A DNA stretch of 64,000 nucleotides from Centroscyllium fabricii (lineage: Eukaryota). Location: contig JBNRSN020000306.1 in the NCBI GenBank assembly GCA_051313645.2, positions 434,001 to 498,000 on the forward strand, written 5' to 3'. Shown here piece after piece: positions 1-11,795 of the stretch (positions are counted from its first letter, which is position 1; every line of letters starts with the position of its first letter). A program made the translations under genes and the position numbers. A model generated the notes under the pieces. That model did not search any database. It was given only the letters and a program-made list of their open reading frames with translations, and was not told the origin of the DNA.

Positions 1-85
1 GGATATTAGGTGGGTTGGGCAGGAGCTGAGTATATTGGGTGGTGTGGAGAGGAGCTGAGGATATTAGGTGGGGTGGGGAGGAGAG
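1..85. repeat. G-rich minisatellite, ~29-bp unit, ~3 copies, cut by the window edge
   Basis: ATATT(A/G)GGTGG...GGAGCTGAG recurs at 3, 32 and 61. Confidence 0.6.
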
Positions 86-400
86 TCCATAACCAGGGTC
101 ACAGTCTAAGGTTAAGGGGTGAGCCATTTAGGACATAGATCAGGAGGAATTTCTTCACCCAGAGAGTGGTGAACCTGTGGAATTCTCTACCACAGAATGT
201 AGTGGAGGCCAATTCATGAAATATATTCAAGAAGGAGTTAGACATATTTCTTAGAGCTAAAAGGATCAATGGATATGGGGAGAACGCAGGGACAGGGTAC
301 TGAGTTTGGATGATCAGACATGATCTCATTGAATGGCGGAGCAGGCTCGAGGGGCCGAATGTCCTACTTCTGCTCCTATCTTCGGTGTTTCTACGCTTCT
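86..400 (+). mobile_element. CR1-type LINE 3' fragment
   Basis: GGTCACAGTCTAAG...TTCTTCACCCAGAGAGTGGTGAACCTGTGGAATTCTCTACC and 3' tail GAATGGCGGAGCAGGCTCGAGGGGCCGAAT; near-match to 14120-14420. Confidence 0.85.
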
Positions 401-1353
401 ATAAGAAATAGGTGCAGGAGTTGAACATTCGGCCCTTCGACCCTTATCCTGTACTCAATAAATCATGTCTGATTTTGGTTAAACACATACATGTAACACC
501 CTGTCACTGACCCTCATTCCTGCAGAAACAGTAATCTACTTACTTAGTTTACTGGTATATGTTGCATTAACAGAATAACATGTCAGTAGTGCCTAAAACG
601 GACCCAATATCCTCAGCATATTTGGCTGGCTCCTGACCCTCATCAAGTATTCCGCAGGCTCCAGGGCACGAGAGCTTCAGAGAAGACCCTGATCTGATGC
701 CTCGCTTCCCTGTTGGAGTTTCTTTCCAATTCCAATCGCTTCACTTACAATAATAGCCGAACTGAAATTCTAATGTGCAGTCACATGGCAGCTTAAAACT
801 AACACACAGAGAATTGGGGAGTGAGGTTTTTTTGGTCGGAAGAATGAGCAGAGGCATGAGGAAATAAATGTACATTTGTAGAAGGAGTGCCGGCGCAGAG
901 AGACCTGGGTGTTTATGTAAGCATATGGCAGGACAAGTCGAGAAGACTTTTAAAAAGCACATGGGAACTTTCATTTATTAATTGATCAATAGAGAACAAA
1001 AGCAAGGAATTCATGCTTAAAGTGCATAACACACTGGTTAGGATACAGCTCGAGGATTGTGTTCAATTCTGGGCAAAACAATTTAGGAATGACGTCAAGT
1101 CATTGGAGCATGTGAAGAAGAGATTTATAGAATGGAACCGGGGATGGGGGACTTCCGATAGGGGAGATACTGGAGACGCTGTGGTTGCCCTCCGTAGAGC
1201 AGGGGAGGTTAAGATGAGATTTGATAGAGTTGTTCCAAATCCCGAAAAAATTTGATAGAGTAAATATGAAGCAATTGTTTCCAGTGGCGGATGGGTCGGT
1301 AACCAGAGGACACAGATTCAATGTGAGTGATAAAAGAACCAGAGACGACATGA

Positions 1354-1851
1354 TGTAACGGTTGTAGGTTGGGCCCAAATGCAATACACCGAACACTTGC
1401 GTAGAAGTAAACTCTTTTATTTCTGAGCAGTCAAAAGATATGGGAAACAGTAGGTCAATAACGGCAGAAAGTTCACGGAGGAAGCAAGTCCAAAACAGAA
1501 TTCAGGCAGGAGAGAATACAAATTCAGAAACAGTAATATACCGGGTTGTCCATCCACGGGAGCGACAAATCCAAGACAGAGTTCAAGCAGAAGAGAATCC
1601 AAATTTCCAGTAAGCAGGTCAGTATCACGAAGAGACAGGATCAGAGAGCTAGGAACTAAACGCAAGTATCACAGTCAGAAGTAATAACGATCTGGCAACC
1701 TCATGGTGAAAAGTGGGAGCTTATATACAGCTATAGATACTACTGCTTAATCTGGGCTGTCCAATCAGGTGCATGCAGTAGTTACCGAGGTGCTGACCAG
1801 TTAAAGGAGAAGAGCTCACCTAGGAGTTAAAGGGGAATCCAACCTATGACA
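1354..1851 (-). repeat. 3' LTR of Gypsy element 1
   Basis: TGTAACGG...CTATGACA on +; about 17 differences from 6372-6868 by eye (~3%). Confidence 0.95.
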
Positions 1852-1886
1852 GAACCCCCCCATCAATGGACGACTCCTGACGTCCC
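1852..1886 (-). other. Polypurine tract with preceding hairpin, element 1
   Basis: Minus strand GGGACGTCAGGAGTCGTCCATTGATGGGGGGGTTC immediately before the 3' LTR TGTCAT. Confidence 0.8.
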
Positions 1887-1934
1887 AAACCCCAAATGCC
1901 GGAATCGGGTGGGCGGAGGGGTGCGGAGGATGGA

Positions 1935-4926
1935 CTAACATTCCTCGGGACCCTCATCCACGTCCATCTCATCACAAGAATGAAGGGAATTTTCATCATC
2001 AGAAGATTGTACCACCTCGTTCAGGGTTTCCAGAGAATGCACGGAACCGGACCCTTGCCCAGACTCCCCAGGGGGCGCAGTCCTCCTACTTGGCTGGTCG
2101 GGATGCCCTTTGTGGAATTCGACCATAAGCTGATGATCCACTATGTGGCGAGCAGGGACCCAGGACCTCTCTTCTGGACCATACCCCTCCCAGTCCACCA
2201 GGTACTGAAGTCCTCTCCCTCGACGACGGGAGCGAAGTAGGCGACGAACAGTGTAGACCAATCCACCGTCGAGCATACGAGGAGGCTGAGGGGGTGTGGC
2301 AACAGGCACCAAAGCACTCTCACGTGCTGGTTTGATTCGTGACACATGAAACGTGGGATGAACCCGCATGGATCGAGGAAGCTTGAGTCTCACAGCCGCT
2401 GGGTTGATGATGTTCTGGATCTCGAAGGGCCCGATAAAACGGGGAGCAAGCTTCCTCGAATCCACCTGGAGAGGCAGGTCCTTAGTGGAGAGCCACACTT
2501 TCTGCCAAGCCTAATGTTTAGGAGCCTCCGAGCGATGACGGTTGTCAGCAGCCGAGTAGCGATCTGCCGAGCGAAGCAACGAAGTCCGAGCCTGGTCCCA
2601 TGTCCGGCGACAACGATGAATAAATGCCTGGACGGACGGACAGGAAACCTCCCTCTCCAGGTCTGGAAACAATGGGGGCTGGAATTCATAGGCGCACTGG
2701 AACGGGGAGAGTCCGGTGGCGGAACTGGTCAGAGTGTTGTGAGCGTACTCTACCCACAGGAGTTGCTGGGACCAGGAAGAGGGATTCTGGGAGACCATAC
2801 ATCGGAGAGCCTTCTCCATCTCCTGATTCATATATTCAGACTGCCCGTTGGACTGCGGATGAGAACCCGACGACAGACTGACTGCGGCCCCGATCAGACT
2901 GCAGAACTCCCTCCAGAATACGGACGTAAACTGAGGACCCCGATCAGAGACTACGTCTACAGGAAGCCCATGAAGCCGGGAAACATGTTGCAGCATAAGT
3001 TCAGTCGTCTCCTTCGCCGAGGGCAGTTTAGGCAGAGGTATGAAGTGGGCTATCTTGCTGAATCGGTCCACCACTGTCAGGATTGTGGTTAGTCCCTTGG
3101 ATGGAGGCAGACCGGTAACAAAGTCCAAGGATATGTGGGACCAAGGATGATGTGGTATCGGCAGAGGTTGCAGAAGGCCAGCGGGAGCCCGATGAGATTG
3201 CTTGTGTTGGGTGCAGACCGAGCAGGCGTAGACAAACTCCCGGGTGTCTTCTTCCAGTGTATCCCACCAGAACCTCCGCCGTATAACCTCTATGGTCCTT
3301 TTAGCCCCCGGATGGCAGGAAAGCTTGGAAGCATGGGCCCACAGGAGAACATCAGGTCGAAGGTTCGTGGGAACGAATATACGGTCGGGAGGACAACCGC
3401 TGGGTCCAGCCTGATCCTCCACGGCTGATCTCACCCTCACCTCGATCTCCCACGTAACAGCAGCAATAAGACAAGGAGCTGGAAGGTGAGGTCAGATCCT
3501 GGAGCGGAACCCTCCTCCTTCTGGAACTGGCGGGAGAGAGCATCAGGCTTGACATTGCGAGAACCAGGCCTGTAGGAGAGGGTGAAGTTGAAACGGGGAA
3601 AGAAGAGGGACCACCTAGCCTGCCGTGAATGCAACCTCTTGGCCGTGCGAATGTATTCAAGGTTTTTGTGGTCTGTCCAGACTAGGAACGGCAGCTTGGT
3701 CCCCTCTAGCCAATGGCGCCACTCCTCCAGTGCCATTTTGACCGCCAGTAACTCCCGGTTCCCGATGTCATAGTTCATCTCAGCTGAGGACAGGCGCTTG
3801 GAAAAATAAGCACAGGGATGTAGCTTTTGGTCGGAAGCCGAATGTTGGGACAGAATAGCCCCTACTCCAAATCTGATGCGTCCACCACTACCACGAACTG
3901 CTGATCCGGATCAGGCACCTGGAGAATGGGAGCAGAGGTGAACCGGGACCTGAGCACTCGAAAAGCCTCCTCCGCTGCAGAAGACCACAGGAACGGCACC
4001 TTAGTGGAGGTAAGAGCCGATAACGGGGCTGCTACCGTGCTGTAGCTGTGAATTAACCGTTGATAGAAATTAGCGAATCGCAGAAACCGCTGTAGCTGTT
4101 TACGTGTCTCTGGAATAGGCCATGATGCGACAGCTGACACCTTCTCTGGATCCATCTGCACGCTCCCCTGCGCAATGATGTAGCCCAAGAAAGAAACGGT
4201 AGTGACGTGAAACTCACACTTATCCGCCTTCACAAATAATGAGTTCTCGAGAAGCCGTTACAGGACAGTCTGGACATGGTGAACATGCTCCTCACGAGAC
4301 TTAGAAAAGATTAAAATGTCGTCCATGTACACGAACACAAACCGGTTCAGCATGTCTCGTAATATGTCATTAACCTAGGCTTGGAATACCGCCGGGGCTT
4401 TGGTTAACCCGAACGGCATTACGAGGTATTCATAATGTCCAGAGGGAGTGTTGAAAGCAGTCTTCCATTCATCGCCCTCTCGGATCCGGACCAGATGATA
4501 GGCGTTACGAAGGTCCAGCTTAGTAAAGATGGTCGCCCCCTGTAGCAACTCAAAAGCAGAAGAGATGAGAGGAAGAGGATACCGGTTCTTTATTGTGATG
4601 TCATTAAGTCCCCTTGTAGTCGATGCATGGTCGCAGCGACCCGTCCTTCTTACGCACAAAAAAGAATCCAGCCCCAGCAGGTGATGAAGAGGAACGGATG
4701 ATCCCCGCCGCCATAGAGTCGCTGATGTACGTTTCCATGGCCTCCCTCTCAGGTGCAGACAAGGAATACAGACGTCCCTTAGGTGGGGAAGAACCTGGCA
4801 GCAGATCAATGACGCAGTCATAGGGGCGATGTGGAGGCAGAGACGTGGCTCTAGCCTTGCTGAATACCTCCCTAAAATCGTGGTATTCAGAGGGAACCAG
4901 CAAAAGATCTGAGGCGGGAAGAGGTG
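1935..4926 (-). pseudogene. Disrupted pol (RT, RNase H, integrase, chromodomain) of element 1
   Basis: [35 protein letters not shown] (~4310-4335), [58 protein letters not shown]; split over several ORFs by stops and frameshifts. Confidence 0.93.
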
Positions 4927-6354
4927 TTAATGGCTGTTGGAAGACGTAGCCTGTTTCAGACAGACCTGGTGACAGGAGGAACTCCACCCCACAATAGCTC
5001 CCGTGTTCCAGTCAATGTGGGGGTTGTGGCGGCGAAGCCAAGTGTGTCCCAGAATCAAAGGAAGCCGAGGTGATCTCAGGATATGAAATTGAATACTTTC
5101 ATGATGATTACCAGACATAATCATGTGAAGTGGTGAGGTCTGATGTGTCACCGTTCCCAGGAGGTGACCGTCGAGGGCGTTGGCAGGAACCGGCTGCGGC
5201 AGTGGAACCCGGTCCATCTCCAGCTGTGTGACAAGATCCTCATCAATAATGTTGACGTCGGCTCCAGAGTCAATAAAAGTGACGAGAGTCTGTGATCCCC
5301 TGGGAAGAAGAAGTCTGGCCTGGCACAAGGATCGTGGATTGGGAGAGAGTCTTGTAGGAGTTCGACTCACCAGTACGACTCCATCTACTGGTGAGTCCGG
5401 ACCCTTTGCTGGGCATTGGGAATCAAAATGGCCGGCCTGGCCGCAGTACAAACAGAGATTCCCCTGGCGACGTCGTTCATGCTCCACCAATGAGAGACTG
5501 GTGCGACCCAACTGCATTGGTTCGGGACCCACTGACTGTGACCCTGCTGTCGCAGTGGACCTGGGCGCCACAAATATCTCTTGGGACCGTTTCGGAGGAG
5601 GTCGACCAGTCATTCCCAGTCGTCTCTCACGTCGACGTGCCTGGATACGGAGATCGATCCTGGTGGCAAGACGAATTAGTTCATCCAGGGTGGAAGGGAG
5701 ATCATAGGAGACCAGTTCATCCTTGATGTACTCAGCAAGCCCATGAATAAAAACGTCACATAATGCAGCAGAGTTCCAATCACTCTGACGAGCTCTGATT
5801 CGGAAGTCTATGGAATAGTCGGCCACTGTCTGATTAACCTGGCTCAGATTCATGAGTCCCCGAGCGGCTTCAGAGCCGTATGTCACCATGCCGAACACCT
5901 TTCTTAATTCGATGGCGAACCTCTGGAAGGAAGAGCAAGCCATAGTCTCTCTCTCCCACTCGGCGGTTCCCCAGAGACGAGCCCTTCCTGTAAGGTGGTT
6001 AATAGCAAAGGCTACCTTTGCCGCCTCATTGGCAAAGGTGTTGGGCTGCAATGAAAAAAGAATGGAACAGTTTGTGAGAAAGGGATTGCATTCCCTAGGT
6101 TCACCGGCATAACGCTCCGGGACCCCGACCCGGGGTTCCGGTGTGAGGCCTTGTGGGTGAGGCATTGATGCCGACATCGATACTGGAGCAAAAACTGGTG
6201 GTGGTGGAATCCCTTCCACTTCCTTAGCTGCTTGTTGGATCAGGGCGGTGGTTAGCTGCTCCAATTGAGTGAATAACTTCCCCAAGGCCTGCCCCTGGTG
6301 CCTTAGGGCGCACTCGGCCTGTGCAAGACGATTCGGTGTGTCTGCTGGGTCCAT
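4927..6354 (-). CDS. Gag plus aspartic protease ORF of element 1 (start MDPADTP)
   Basis: PERYAGEP capsid region, [21 protein letters not shown] zinc knuckle, FIDSGA protease motif; ATG at 6354 just after the primer site. Confidence 0.85.
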   Translation of the reverse strand: MDPADTPNRLAQAECALRHQGQALGKLFTQLEQLTTALIQQAAKEVEGIPPPPVFAPVSMSASMPHPQGLTPEPRVGVPERYAGEPRECNPFLTNCSILFSLQPNTFANEAAKVAFAINHLTGRARLWGTAEWERETMACSSFQRFAIELRKVFGMVTYGSEAARGLMNLSQVNQTVADYSIDFRIRARQSDWNSAALCDVFIHGLAEYIKDELVSYDLPSTLDELIRLATRIDLRIQARRRERRLGMTGRPPPKRSQEIFVAPRSTATAGSQSVGPEPMQLGRTSLSLVEHERRRQGNLCLYCGQAGHFDSQCPAKGPDSPVDGVVLVSRTPTRLSPNPRSLCQARLLLPRGSQTLVTFIDSGADVNIIDEDLVTQLEMDRVPLPQPVPANALDGHLLGTVTHQTSPLHMIMSGNHHESIQFHILRSPRLPLILGHTWLRRHNPHIDWNTGAIVGWSSSCHQVCLKQATSSNSH

Positions 6355-6359
6355 TTCTG

Positions 6360-6370
6360 GCCAGATCGTT
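6360..6370 (-). other. Self-priming primer binding site of element 1
   Basis: Minus-strand AACGATCTGGC is the exact complement of LTR 6703-6713, which lies ~25-30 nt downstream of TATATAAA. Confidence 0.85.
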
Positions 6371-6371
6371 C

Positions 6372-6868
6372 TGTAACGGTTGTAGGTTGGGCCCAAATGC
6401 AATACACCGAACACTTGCGTAGAAGTAAACTCTTTTATTTCTGAGCAGTCAAAAGATATGGGAAACAGTAGGTCAATAACGGCAGAAAGTTTACGGAGGC
6501 AGCAAGTCCAAAACAGAGCTCAGCAGGAGAGAAACCAAATTCAGAAACAGTAATATACCAGGTAGTCCATCCACGGGAGCGACAAATCCAAGACAGAGTT
6601 CAAGCAGAAGAGAATCCAAATTTCCAGTAAGCAGGTCAGTATCACGAACAGACAGGATCAGAGAGCTAGGAACTAAACACAAGTATCACAGTCAGAAGGA
6701 ATAACGATCTGGCAACCTCATGGTGAAAAGTGGGAGTTTATATACAGCTCTAGATACTACTGGTTAATCTGGGCTGTCCAATCAGGTGCATGCAGTAGTT
6801 AACGAGGTGCTGACCAGTTAAAGGAGAAGAGCCCACCTAGGAGTTAAAGGGGAATCCAACCTATGACA
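6372..6868 (-). repeat. 5' LTR of Gypsy element 1
   Basis: Direct repeat of 1354-1851; minus-strand TATATAAA at 6737-6744 and AATAAA near 6434-6439. Confidence 0.95.
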
Positions 6869-7063
6869 CATGAGGAATCTTTGTATTTATAGAGCAAGTT
6901 GTTGGTATCTGGAATGCACTGCTTGAAAGGGATTTGGAAGCAGATTCAATAATAAAATGCAAAGGTGATTGCAATACATATTTAAAGTAACGAATCTACC
7001 GGGGAAAGAGCAGAGGACTGGGATTAATTGGGTAGCTCTACCGAAGATGACACATTCAAAGAT

Positions 7064-7325
7064 CTGCTACATAAACACCCGGGTCTCTCTGCTCCTGCAC
7101 ACCTTTTAAAATAGTAAATTTTGTTCATATTGCCTTTGCTCATTCATCCTACAAAAAATCCTCACTCCACAATTCACTGGGTGTTAGTTTTAAGCTGTCA
7201 TGTGTCTGCACATGTGAATCCGATTTCCGGTTATGTTGTAAGTGAAGCGTTTGGATTTGTAAAGAAACTCCACCAAGGAATAGAGGCATCAGATCAGCGA
7301 TTTCTCTTAAGCTCTCGGGCCCAGG
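7064..7325 (-). repeat. Inverted duplicate of ~660-925
   Basis: GTGTTAGTTTTAAGCTG...TGTAAGTGAAGCG...AAAGAAACTCCA...GAGGCATCAGATCAG is the reverse complement of 660-925 at roughly 80% identity. Confidence 0.8.
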
Positions 7326-7679
7326 CACGATGGTCCGAATGGCCTCCTTCTGTGCTGCATCATTACACGATATTATGATCAACCGAATCTTAGAAACTAA
7401 TAAAGCGAATGAGGCGGAAAAGCAAATGGATATAGGGAAACAGCTGAACAAATATTTAAACCAGTATCACAGGTCAGAAAAGCAATTCAAATGCGAACAA
7501 TATACTGGGGTGTGTTTCTAAGGCAGTAGGTTTCAGAAGTAGTGAAGTTGGCAAATGTTGAGAAGCGGTGATGCCCATATATGGGTACTGGGACCACTCT
7601 GGTTCACCATTCACAGAATCAATTTCGACTCAGGTAACAGAAGAACAAATTCAAGATTTATGGATGTAACCAAATGGAG

Positions 7680-8130
7680 GTTTATAGTTGATACACAGGA
7701 GGGCTGCGGCGGAATACAGGAAGAAGTTAATAAACCTGCAGATTGGGCGTATAATTGGCAAAATAACTTCAAAATAGAGCAGAATGAGGTAGTGCATTTT
7801 AATAGGAAGATTCTGGAGGCCACATACTCCTTGAGAAGTAAGTGTCTCAATGGGATTGAGTAACAGAGATGTTCTGGTAGAGATACACAAATAACTAACA
7901 GCCGTGATGTAGGTTGATAAGAACATAAAAGACAAATAGAATACACGGGTTCATTTCTAGATGGATTGAATTTTAATGGAGGTAACTTCTGTTAACTTAT
8001 ATAGAGCATCGTTTGGACTGCACTTAGAGCACTGCAAACATTTCTTGTCTCCAGCTTATAAATTGGGCAGGCAGGCACTGGAGAAGATGCAACAATGATT
8101 TACTAGAATGATGCCAGAAATGAGAGGAGT
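7680..8130 (+). mobile_element. Diverged CR1 RT C-terminal fragment
   Basis: ORF remnant DWAYNWQNNFKIEQNEVVHF resembles the CR1 W..W...FN..KC.V.HFG motif. Confidence 0.6.
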
Positions 8131-8159
8131 CAGTGCGATTGAAGTAAATATTTCTCAAT

Positions 8160-9040
8160 AACCTATCCCCAGAGATGGAGATGGAGAAGTCAAGGATGGA
8201 AGGGCAGATTCGGAGATGAACCATGTGAAAGTGAGGGAAGGGTGGAAATTGAATGCAAAGAGAATAGCAATATCTAGTTCAGGGTGAGATCAGGACACGG
8301 CATGGATACAGCCATGAATGTACCGGAAAAAGAGGTGAATGAGGGAACCTCAGTAGGAGTTGAACGATGATTCCTCCACATATCCCACAAAAGGCAGGCA
8401 TAGCTAGAACCCTTGTGCGTTCCCGTAGCAACACCGTTGATTTCGAGGAAGTGAGTGGAGTCAGAGGAGAAGTTGTTCAAATTCAGAACAAATTCAGCCA
8501 GGCGGAGGAGGGTGGTGGTGGATGGGCTCTGGTGGGGCCTCCGTTCAAGGAAGATGTGGAGCGCCATCAGGCCATCCTGCTGGGGGATGGAGGTGTAGAG
8601 GGATTGTTCGTTTAGCTCAAAAGCAGGCGGTTGTGACCAGGAAACTGGAAAATGATAATGTGGCGGAGGGCATCGGAAGAATCGCAGATTTAGTTGGGAA
8701 GAGACTGGACAAGGGGAGAAAAAATAAAGTCCGGATAGGAAAAGATAAGTGCCGTGGGGCAAGAAAAGACTGAAACGATGGGGCTACCAGATCAATCCTG
8801 TTTGTAGATCTTGGGAACGACGTAGATGCGGATTTTGCGTGGTTGGGGAACAATGAGGTTGGTGGCCGCTTGGGAAGATCTTCAGATGACATGAGGCCAG
8901 TGGCAGTCTTGGAAACGGTCGCGTGATGTTCGGTAGTGGGGGCTTGGTCCAGGCAGAGGTGGGCGGAAGTTTTGGAAAGTTAGGGTTCAGCCTCTACTAG
9001 GTAGTGGTCGGTTCGTCAAACAACAACAGCACCGCCTGTC
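8160..9040 (-). mobile_element. Penelope-like element RT fragment
   Basis: SLYTSIPQQDGL...TLLRLAEFVLNLNNF...GVATGT.KG.SYACL, typical of Penelope-like RT; degenerate. Confidence 0.75.
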
Positions 9041-9787
9041 AACATTTAACGCCCAGCCACAGGGGAAATATTAGGACAGAAGACCAAACACGTGGTCCAA
9101 TTGGAAATGTTTGAGGAAGATATACAAGGAATGGGGAGAGATGGGGAGTGATTTGTTTAGGGAGGGGATTTCAGAACTCAGAGTCCAGACAGCTGCAAGC
9201 ACATCCGGTAATGTTGGAGCGATTGAAATCGCGGATGGGTATGGTGCGAGCAATCACGGCGCGGCGGGTCTGCAATGTCATGGGGTGCGGACATAGAGCT
9301 GATGGTGTTTACAGGCCATGCCGAGTTTTGAGATCATTGATGACAATTTTAAGATGAAGGCATTGATGAACAGGCAGCCAATAAAGTCAGCAAGCGCACG
9401 GTGGTGGGTTAACGGGATTTAATGCGATTTGGTGCCTTGATTCTATTAAAAGGAAACTAGACGAGTATATGACAGAAAAGGTAACAGAAATATAAGCTTA
9501 AAGGCAGGGATGAGGTAGATGCAATGGGAGGACATTCGTTTGGAACATAAATATCAGAGAATAGTGAACTTGAATGGCCTATTTCTGTGCTGCACATTCT
9601 ATGTAATTTAATCCTCTAAATTGCTGCTCTGAAGAGCTGAAGTGACTCATTACAGGACAGCTCAGATGACATTCAGCAAACGATTGGTCCTGTACCGAAA
9701 GACAATGTGGAAACTGTCAGGCAGAAACAGAGTCTTCTCCTACACCCAGTGCTTGTCCCGCGGCTGGTTGTATTTTCAGATCAGCAG

Positions 9788-10788
9788 TTATTCCTTCGGC
9801 GTTTCAGTTGAACGAAGTCTGGGGCTGAACATTAGATTCGTGAACTGGAAACACTGGGAGCCGCTTCTGGGCTGCGCTCGGTTGTTCTGATTATTAATTA
9901 ATGGAATAATTGGGAGAAACGGATATTTCACCATGTTCTTCACCTGCTCTCTGAACTTGGACTGGGTCACCCCATAAATAAATGTGTTTGTGCAGCAACT
10001 TAGATTCCGCAGCATATATCCGATTTTATGAAAGATATACAAAGATTCATTGTAATTATCGGGATTTGTTCCTCCAATGCTATAATATAAGAAATCTATA
10101 ACAATTACCAACCACAGCAGTATGAAGCAGCCGGATATAGTGAAAAGTAAAATCATAGACTTCCTTCTGCTCTCCATCTCTGGGTCACTGCCATTCTCTC
10201 CCTTGCTCTCACCCCTCAGCCACTTACGGACCCGACTGGCAACTAAGATGTGTCTGACTGTCAGAGCGTTGAGTAACAGAATTAAAGCGAATGGTAGCAA
10301 TGGGGTTACAATCGTATCAAACCAATCAAATCCCACCCATCCGGACTCAGTAAAATAGCCTGGCTTTACATAACAGAACCAAGGTACATTGTCGACCATC
10401 TGTTGTGGTTCATAGACAAAGTAAAACGGGACGTTTTTTAAACAGAGCAGTGTGCAACTTGTTCCTAAAACTACAGCCGCAGTTCTCTCGGTGCAATATT
10501 TCGGTTTCAGCTTCTGGCAACAAATGGCCACAAATCGATCAAAGGTGAAAGTGACGGTGAACCAGACAGAACATTCTGTGGCTGCACGAATCAGGATATT
10601 GTGAACACTGCACACAGGAGTGATGTCCAGGAAAGAGCCCGGGAAATAATAGTAACTGATCTGCCACAGTATGACCTCAGTGACAATGACCAGGAGATCA
10701 GCCGCTGCCATGGCCACCAGGTAGCGAGTGGTGCAGGTGGAGAGCCCGCACTTTCCCCGCAACAGGATCACAATCGCCAGCAAATTAA
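9788..10788 (-). CDS. Class A GPCR, GPR139/GPR142-like, exon 2
   Basis: Hydrophobic TM pattern, AAADLLV (TM2), FTFDRFVAIC (DRY-like), CCTNTFIY (TM7). Acceptor TTTTTTTTACAG ends at 10789 and is phase-compatible with exon 1, giving GVP-V-NLLAIVIL. Confidence 0.9.
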
Positions 10789-11795
10789 CTGTAAAAAAAA
10801 GGAGAAAAATTCTGGAAATTACTGATCAAACATTCCCCGTGTCAAAGCCCAGACAGTACGTGTTCTACTTCAGCACCCAAAACGGAGGGTTGGAGTCGTT
10901 TCGAACAGTAAAATATAATTTGTTTTCATTCTGGCAGCACCTCGCCTCCACCCCGCCGCTTGCCGGTTAAACCGAGGCGGGGCAGAGGCCGGGCAGCGGA
11001 GCCATCCCAGAAGGCGGGTTGGCAAATTAATAAATTATTGCGGCTGGCAGTCTCTGATTTAAACTGTTTTACTGGTTTATCTGTAGCGGGTCGTGTTTCC
11101 CGATCCTCACCCGGAACCTGGCAGCTGAGGGGAGGCGAGGACAGCATCGGGGATACGGTAACTGTCCTCACAACACTGCTGATGGGCCAGGAGCAGCAGG
11201 GCTACTTCCTCCGGCCCCCCAACGGGCAACTACAGACTAGTTCATCTGACGTCAGACGTAGGCAAAATGATACAATCTATTATTATGGATGTGGTAACAG
11301 GGCATTTAAAATTAATAATAGAGTTTGGCACAGCAACATGGATTTATGAAAGGGAAATCATTCGTGACGAATCTCCTCGAGTTTTTGAGGTGGTACCTAG
11401 CATTATAGATAACGGGGAAACCAGTGGTTGTGGCGATTTGGATTTAAGAAGGTATTCGATTAAGTGCCACACAAGAGTTCATCAAACAGAATCAGTGCTC
11501 AATGGATTGGTGGCAATATACTAGTTTGGATTGAGGATTGGTTAAAGGACAGAAAAGAGAGAGTAGGAATAAACCAGTCATTATTGGGTTGGCAGGCTGT
11601 AACTCGTGGGGTACCGCAAGACCAGTGCTTAGACGTCAGATATTCTCAATCAATATCAATGATTTTAACGCCTGATTCAAATCTAATACATCCAGGTTTG
11701 CTGATGATAAAAAATCTTGGTTTGAATGGACTTCATGAGTGGGGAGCAAGGAGGCTTCAAGGGCACACAGGCAGCCTTATTGAGTGGGCAAGGGC

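Larger units (their letters stand above)
1354..6868 (-). mobile_element. Full-length Ty3/Gypsy chromovirus (Tf1/sushi-like) LTR retrotransposon, inactivated
   Basis: Two ~498-bp LTRs with TG...CA ends, 5-bp TSD CATGA (1349-1353 and 6869-6873), order gag-PR-RT-RH-IN-chromodomain, PPT next to the 3' LTR; several stops and frameshifts in pol. Confidence 0.97.
770..7060 (+). mobile_element. Old CR1 3' fragment (770-1353 plus 6874-7060) split by the Gypsy insertion
   Basis: ORF remnant LVRIQLEDCVQFW before the LTR; the CR1 3' region (GGTATCTGGAATGCACTGC) resumes right after the second CATGA. Confidence 0.7.

Noticed and set aside
1896-6112. Plus-strand ORFs antisense to Gypsy gag/pol (e.g. 2346-3092, 5180-5707)
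   Set aside because: Shadow frames of GC-rich coding sequence with no recognisable motifs.
4927-6414. Domesticated gag gene (PEG10/RTL-like)
   Set aside because: It sits between two LTRs with a TSD and a decayed pol, so it is an ordinary retrotransposon copy.
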